A stretch of DNA of 64,000 nucleotides from Yoonia sp. (GTDB lineage: Bacteria > Pseudomonadota > Alphaproteobacteria > Rhodobacterales > Rhodobacteraceae): NCBI GenBank assembly GCA_023263855.1, contig JALQUF010000002.1:2238-66237 (forward strand). The letters are read 5' to 3'. The notes beneath the pieces were generated by a model that made no database searches, had not been told where the DNA came from, and saw only the letters and a list, made by a program, of their open reading frames with translations. A program made the position numbers and the translations under genes. Of the stretch, positions 60,629 through 64,000 are shown in pieces. Each line of letters starts with the position of its first letter. Within the stretch, counting starts at the first letter, position 1.

Positions 60629-61053
60629 CACCACAACGCGTGACATTGATCACCCTGGGCGTCGCCGACCTGGACAGGTCCAAAGCCTTTTACGGTGCGC
60701 TGGGTTGGACCCCGACAAATGACGCAGGCGAAGTTGTCTTTTATCAGATCAACGGCATGGTGCTGGGGCTCTTTGGCTTGGGCCCCCTTGCCAAGGATCA
60801 AGGGCGGCCAGATGCAACACTGGGCACGGGGGCCGTGACGCTTGCGCAGAACTTTACCACCGATGCTGACGTTGATGCCGCGTATGCCAAAGCGCTCGCT
60901 GCAGGGGCGACACCCCTCAAAGCGCCGGAGAAGGTGTTTTGGGGTGGATACTCGGGCTACTATGCAGATCCCGACGGGCACGTTTGGGAAGTCGCGCAGA
61001 ACCCGTTTTGGCAATTGAGTGATGACGGCAGTCTGACCTTGGCGAAACCATGA
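60625..61053 (+). CDS. VOC/glyoxalase-family protein
   Basis: LITLGVADL..SKAFY, FWGGYSGYYADPDGHVWEVA. Confidence 0.88.
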   Translation: MTPQRVTLITLGVADLDRSKAFYGALGWTPTNDAGEVVFYQINGMVLGLFGLGPLAKDQGRPDATLGTGAVTLAQNFTTDADVDAAYAKALAAGATPLKAPEKVFWGGYSGYYADPDGHVWEVAQNPFWQLSDDGSLTLAKP

Positions 61054-61670
61054 CAATCACAGTTTACGAGCTTTTGCTGTATGCGGGGGCGCTGATCATC
61101 CTTTTCATGACACCCGGTCCGGTTTGGGTCGCCTTGCTGGCAAGATCGCTGTCAGGCGGGTTCCAAGCAGCTTGGCCGCTTGCGATTGGCGTCGCCATTG
61201 GTGATGTTCTCTGGCCGTTGGTCGCGGTTCTTGGCGTGGCCTGGCTTGTGTCCGAATTTGCGGGCTTCATGGACTTTCTAAAGTATGTCGCAGTTCTGGT
61301 CTTTATGCTGATGGGGGCCGCACTGATCCGCAATGCAGACCATGCGCTTGATGCCAACAGCCGCCTCACCCGCCCCGGTAAATGGGCGGGTTTTGTGGCC
61401 GGAGTGGCCGTCATTATCGGCAACCCCAAAGCGGTGTTGTTCTATATGGGCGTCCTGCCGGGGTTCTTTGATCTGAGCGGGGTCACAGTGCTCGATATGA
61501 TCGCAATCTGTACGCTCAGTTTTCTGGTGCCATTGGTCGGAAACCTCGTTCTTGCGGCTTCAGTGGACCGGATACGGGGGCTGTTAAAGTCGTCGGGTGC
61601 GGTGCGCCGGATGAACGTCATTGCGGGTTGTCTTTTGATCGGCGTGGGTATTGTCATTGGCCTGACGTAG
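61050..61670 (+). CDS. LysE-family translocator
   Basis: TPGP, GNPKAVLFY, multiple TM helices. Confidence 0.88.
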   Translation: MTITVYELLLYAGALIILFMTPGPVWVALLARSLSGGFQAAWPLAIGVAIGDVLWPLVAVLGVAWLVSEFAGFMDFLKYVAVLVFMLMGAALIRNADHALDANSRLTRPGKWAGFVAGVAVIIGNPKAVLFYMGVLPGFFDLSGVTVLDMIAICTLSFLVPLVGNLVLAASVDRIRGLLKSSGAVRRMNVIAGCLLIGVGIVIGLT

Positions 61671-61775
61671 CCGGGGCTGTAAGACCTGCCAAAAACCACA
61701 AAATATGGTGTCAATTGCGTGACAAGCCAGCCCGAAAAGCATATATTTTGGGCATAAGAATACAGGAATTCCCTT

Positions 61776-64000
61776 ATGGTCGACGAACCACAAAACAAAG
61801 AAGAATACGGCGCCGATTCTATCAAGGTTCTCAAAGGCTTGGAGGCTGTTCGCAAGCGTCCTGGCATGTATATCGGCGATACCGATGATGGTTCTGGCCT
61901 GCATCACATGGTCTACGAGGTCGTGGACAACGGCATTGATGAGGCTTTGGCCGGTCACGCCGACCATGTTTATGTGAAAATCAACGCCGATGGGTCAGTC
62001 ACCGTAGGCGATAACGGGCGCGGTATTCCGGTGGGTATCCACGAGGAAGAGGGCGTTTCCGCCGCTGAGGTCATCATGACCCAACTGCACGCAGGCGGCA
62101 AATTCGACAGCAACTCTTACAAGGTGTCTGGCGGTCTGCACGGCGTGGGTGTGTCGGTGGTGAATGCGCTGTCCGATTACCTGGAATTGCGTATCTGGCG
62201 TGATGACAAAGAACACTACGCCCGGTTCGAAGGCGGCTTTACAACCGAACATCTGCGCGTTGAAGGCCCCGCCAATGGGCGCAAGGGCACCGAGGTCACG
62301 TTTCTTGCCTCGACCGAGACATTCAGCAACCGCGATTATGACTTTCACACGCTGGAAAAGCGCCTGCGTGAACTGGCCTTCCTGAACTCTGGCGTGCGTA
62401 TCATCCTCGAAGACTTGCGCCCGGCTGAACCGCTCAAGGCGGATTTGTTCTATGAGGGCGGGGTCAAGGAATTCGTCAAATACCTCGACCGCTCAAAAAC
62501 CCCTTTGATGGAAGAGCCTATCTATGTCGCGGGCGAGCGCGACGATATCGGTGTCGAAGTCGCGATGTGGTGGAATGACAGCTACAATGAAATGGTGCTG
62601 CCTTTCACCAACAACATTCCGCAGCGCGATGGCGGCACACACTTGGCCGGTTTCCGTGGTGCTTTGACACGTGCGATTGCGAAATACGCCACCGAAACAG
62701 GGATTTCAAAAAAAGAGAAAGTCTCGCTAACAGGTGACGACGCCCGCGAAGGCCTGACCTGTGTGCTGTCTGTCAAAGTCCCTGATCCAAAATTCTCCAG
62801 CCAGACAAAAGACAAGCTGGTCAGCTCAGAGGTGCGTCCGGCTGTTGAAAACCTGATGGGCGAAAAGCTGAACGAATGGTTCGAAGAGAACCCGCAGATG
62901 GCCAAGTCGATCATTTCCAAGATCGTTGAAGCTGCCGCCGCGCGTGAAGCGGCGCGCAAGGCGCGTGAAATTCGGCGCAAATCAGCGATGGACGTGAACT
63001 TTAATGCCTCCAAGCTGAAAGACTGCTCTGAAAAAGACCCTTCCAAGACCGAAGTTTTCCTCGTCGAGGGTGACTCGGCTGGTGGGTCCGCGCAGACCGG
63101 GCGCGACCGTGGCACACAGGCTATTTTGCCACTGAAGGGTAAAATCCTGAACGTTGAGCGCGCGCGCTTTGACCGGATGCTGTCCAGTCAGGAAATCGGC
63201 AACCTTGTCATGGCGCTGGGTACCGGCATTGGTCGCGACGAATTCAACATCGACAAGCTGCGCTATCACAAGGTCATCATCATGACCGATGCGGACGTCG
63301 ACGGAGCGCACATTCGGACCCTATTGCTGACGTTCTTCTTCCGCCAGATGCCTGAGCTGATCGAGGGCGGGTACCTCTACATTGCGCAGCCGCCGCTTTA
63401 CAAAGTGTCGCGCGGCAGGTCCGAGGTCTACCTTAAGGATCAGGCGGCGATGGACGAATACCTGATCGAGCAGGGCATTGAAGGTGCGATGCTGCGGCAG
63501 GGTAACGGTGAAGAAATCACAGGCAATGACCTGCGCCGCATTGTTGACGAAGCACGCCAGCTGACACGCGTCCTCGAAGCCTTTCCGACGCATTATCCCC
63601 GCCATATTCTGGAACAGGCGGCTATCGCCGGGGCCTTTGTGCCGGGCGTTGTGGATAGCGACCTGCAAGGTACCGCTGACCGCGTCGCGGAACGGCTTGA
63701 CCTGATTGCGCTTGAATGGGAGCGCGGCTGGCAAGGCCGGATTACCCAAGACAAAGGCATGCGGCTGGCCCGTATCCTGCGCGGTGTCGAAGAAGTCCGC
63801 ACACTCGACGGTTCTATGCTACGCTCGGGCGAAGCACGGCGGACAGGGTCGTTCACGAAGAGCCTGCAGGACGTCTACAACCTCCCTGCAACCTTGGTGC
63901 GTAAGGACCGTAGCCAGATCATCCACGGCCCGCTCGACTTGTTGAAAGCAATCCTTGAAGAAGGCGAAAAAGGGTTGTCGCTACAACGCTATAAAGGTTT
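61776..64000 (+). CDS. gyrB: DNA gyrase subunit B (3' truncated by window; absent from ORF track)
   Basis: MVDEPQNKEEYGADSIKVLKGLEAVRKRPGMYIG, GGLHGVGVSVVNALS, VEGDSAGG, IIMTDADVDG, ends at QRYKG. Confidence 0.97.
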   Translation, partial: MVDEPQNKEEYGADSIKVLKGLEAVRKRPGMYIGDTDDGSGLHHMVYEVVDNGIDEALAGHADHVYVKINADGSVTVGDNGRGIPVGIHEEEGVSAAEVIMTQLHAGGKFDSNSYKVSGGLHGVGVSVVNALSDYLELRIWRDDKEHYARFEGGFTTEHLRVEGPANGRKGTEVTFLASTETFSNRDYDFHTLEKRLRELAFLNSGVRIILEDLRPAEPLKADLFYEGGVKEFVKYLDRSKTPLMEEPIYVAGERDDIGVEVAMWWNDSYNEMVLPFTNNIPQRDGGTHLAGFRGALTRAIAKYATETGISKKEKVSLTGDDAREGLTCVLSVKVPDPKFSSQTKDKLVSSEVRPAVENLMGEKLNEWFEENPQMAKSIISKIVEAAAAREAARKAREIRRKSAMDVNFNASKLKDCSEKDPSKTEVFLVEGDSAGGSAQTGRDRGTQAILPLKGKILNVERARFDRMLSSQEIGNLVMALGTGIGRDEFNIDKLRYHKVIIMTDADVDGAHIRTLLLTFFFRQMPELIEGGYLYIAQPPLYKVSRGRSEVYLKDQAAMDEYLIEQGIEGAMLRQGNGEEITGNDLRRIVDEARQLTRVLEAFPTHYPRHILEQAAIAGAFVPGVVDSDLQGTADRVAERLDLIALEWERGWQGRITQDKGMRLARILRGVEEVRTLDGSMLRSGEARRTGSFTKSLQDVYNLPATLVRKDRSQIIHGPLDLLKAILEEGEKGLSLQRYKG

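Noticed and set aside
1-64000. Mobile elements, prophage, CRISPR, tRNA/rRNA
   Set aside because: No transposase, integrase, phage gene, spaced repeat array or structural RNA signature found by eye

Overview
Chromosomal core-type window from an alphaproteobacterium of the Rhodobacteraceae/Roseobacter group (inferred from gene content and protein style). Left to right: 3' end of a dxs gene; a housekeeping block (THUMP RNA methyltransferase, SLAM-like outer-membrane protein divergent from a CAP lipoprotein, yafS-like methyltransferase/gloB, clpA, TIGR03643 protein + COQ8-like ABC1 kinase, an ExbB/MotA-like + OmpA/MotB-like pair, chaC); an isolated photosynthesis operon bchG-pucC-bchP-idi carrying three perfect PpsR boxes (so probably an aerobic anoxygenic phototroph with a split photosynthesis gene cluster); thuA/thuB-like genes; a ~30 kb flagellar cluster (motB to flgD) with CtrA-like boxes and an enlarged 517-aa flagellin; ubiB-ubiE, mutM, enoyl-CoA hydratase, a PilJ-like secreted protein, and rpsT-dnaA-dnaN-recF-VOC-lysE-gyrB (truncated). 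No rRNA, tRNA, CRISPR array, transposase, integrase or phage gene was seen. The most notable leads are the split photosynthesis cluster, the non-flagellar stator-like (ZorAB-like) pair, the SLAM/CAP pair and the flagellin (internal domain duplication, structured leader). All calls rest on motif recognition by eye; no searches were run, and many starts were re-picked from the ORF track using RBS position and family N-termini.
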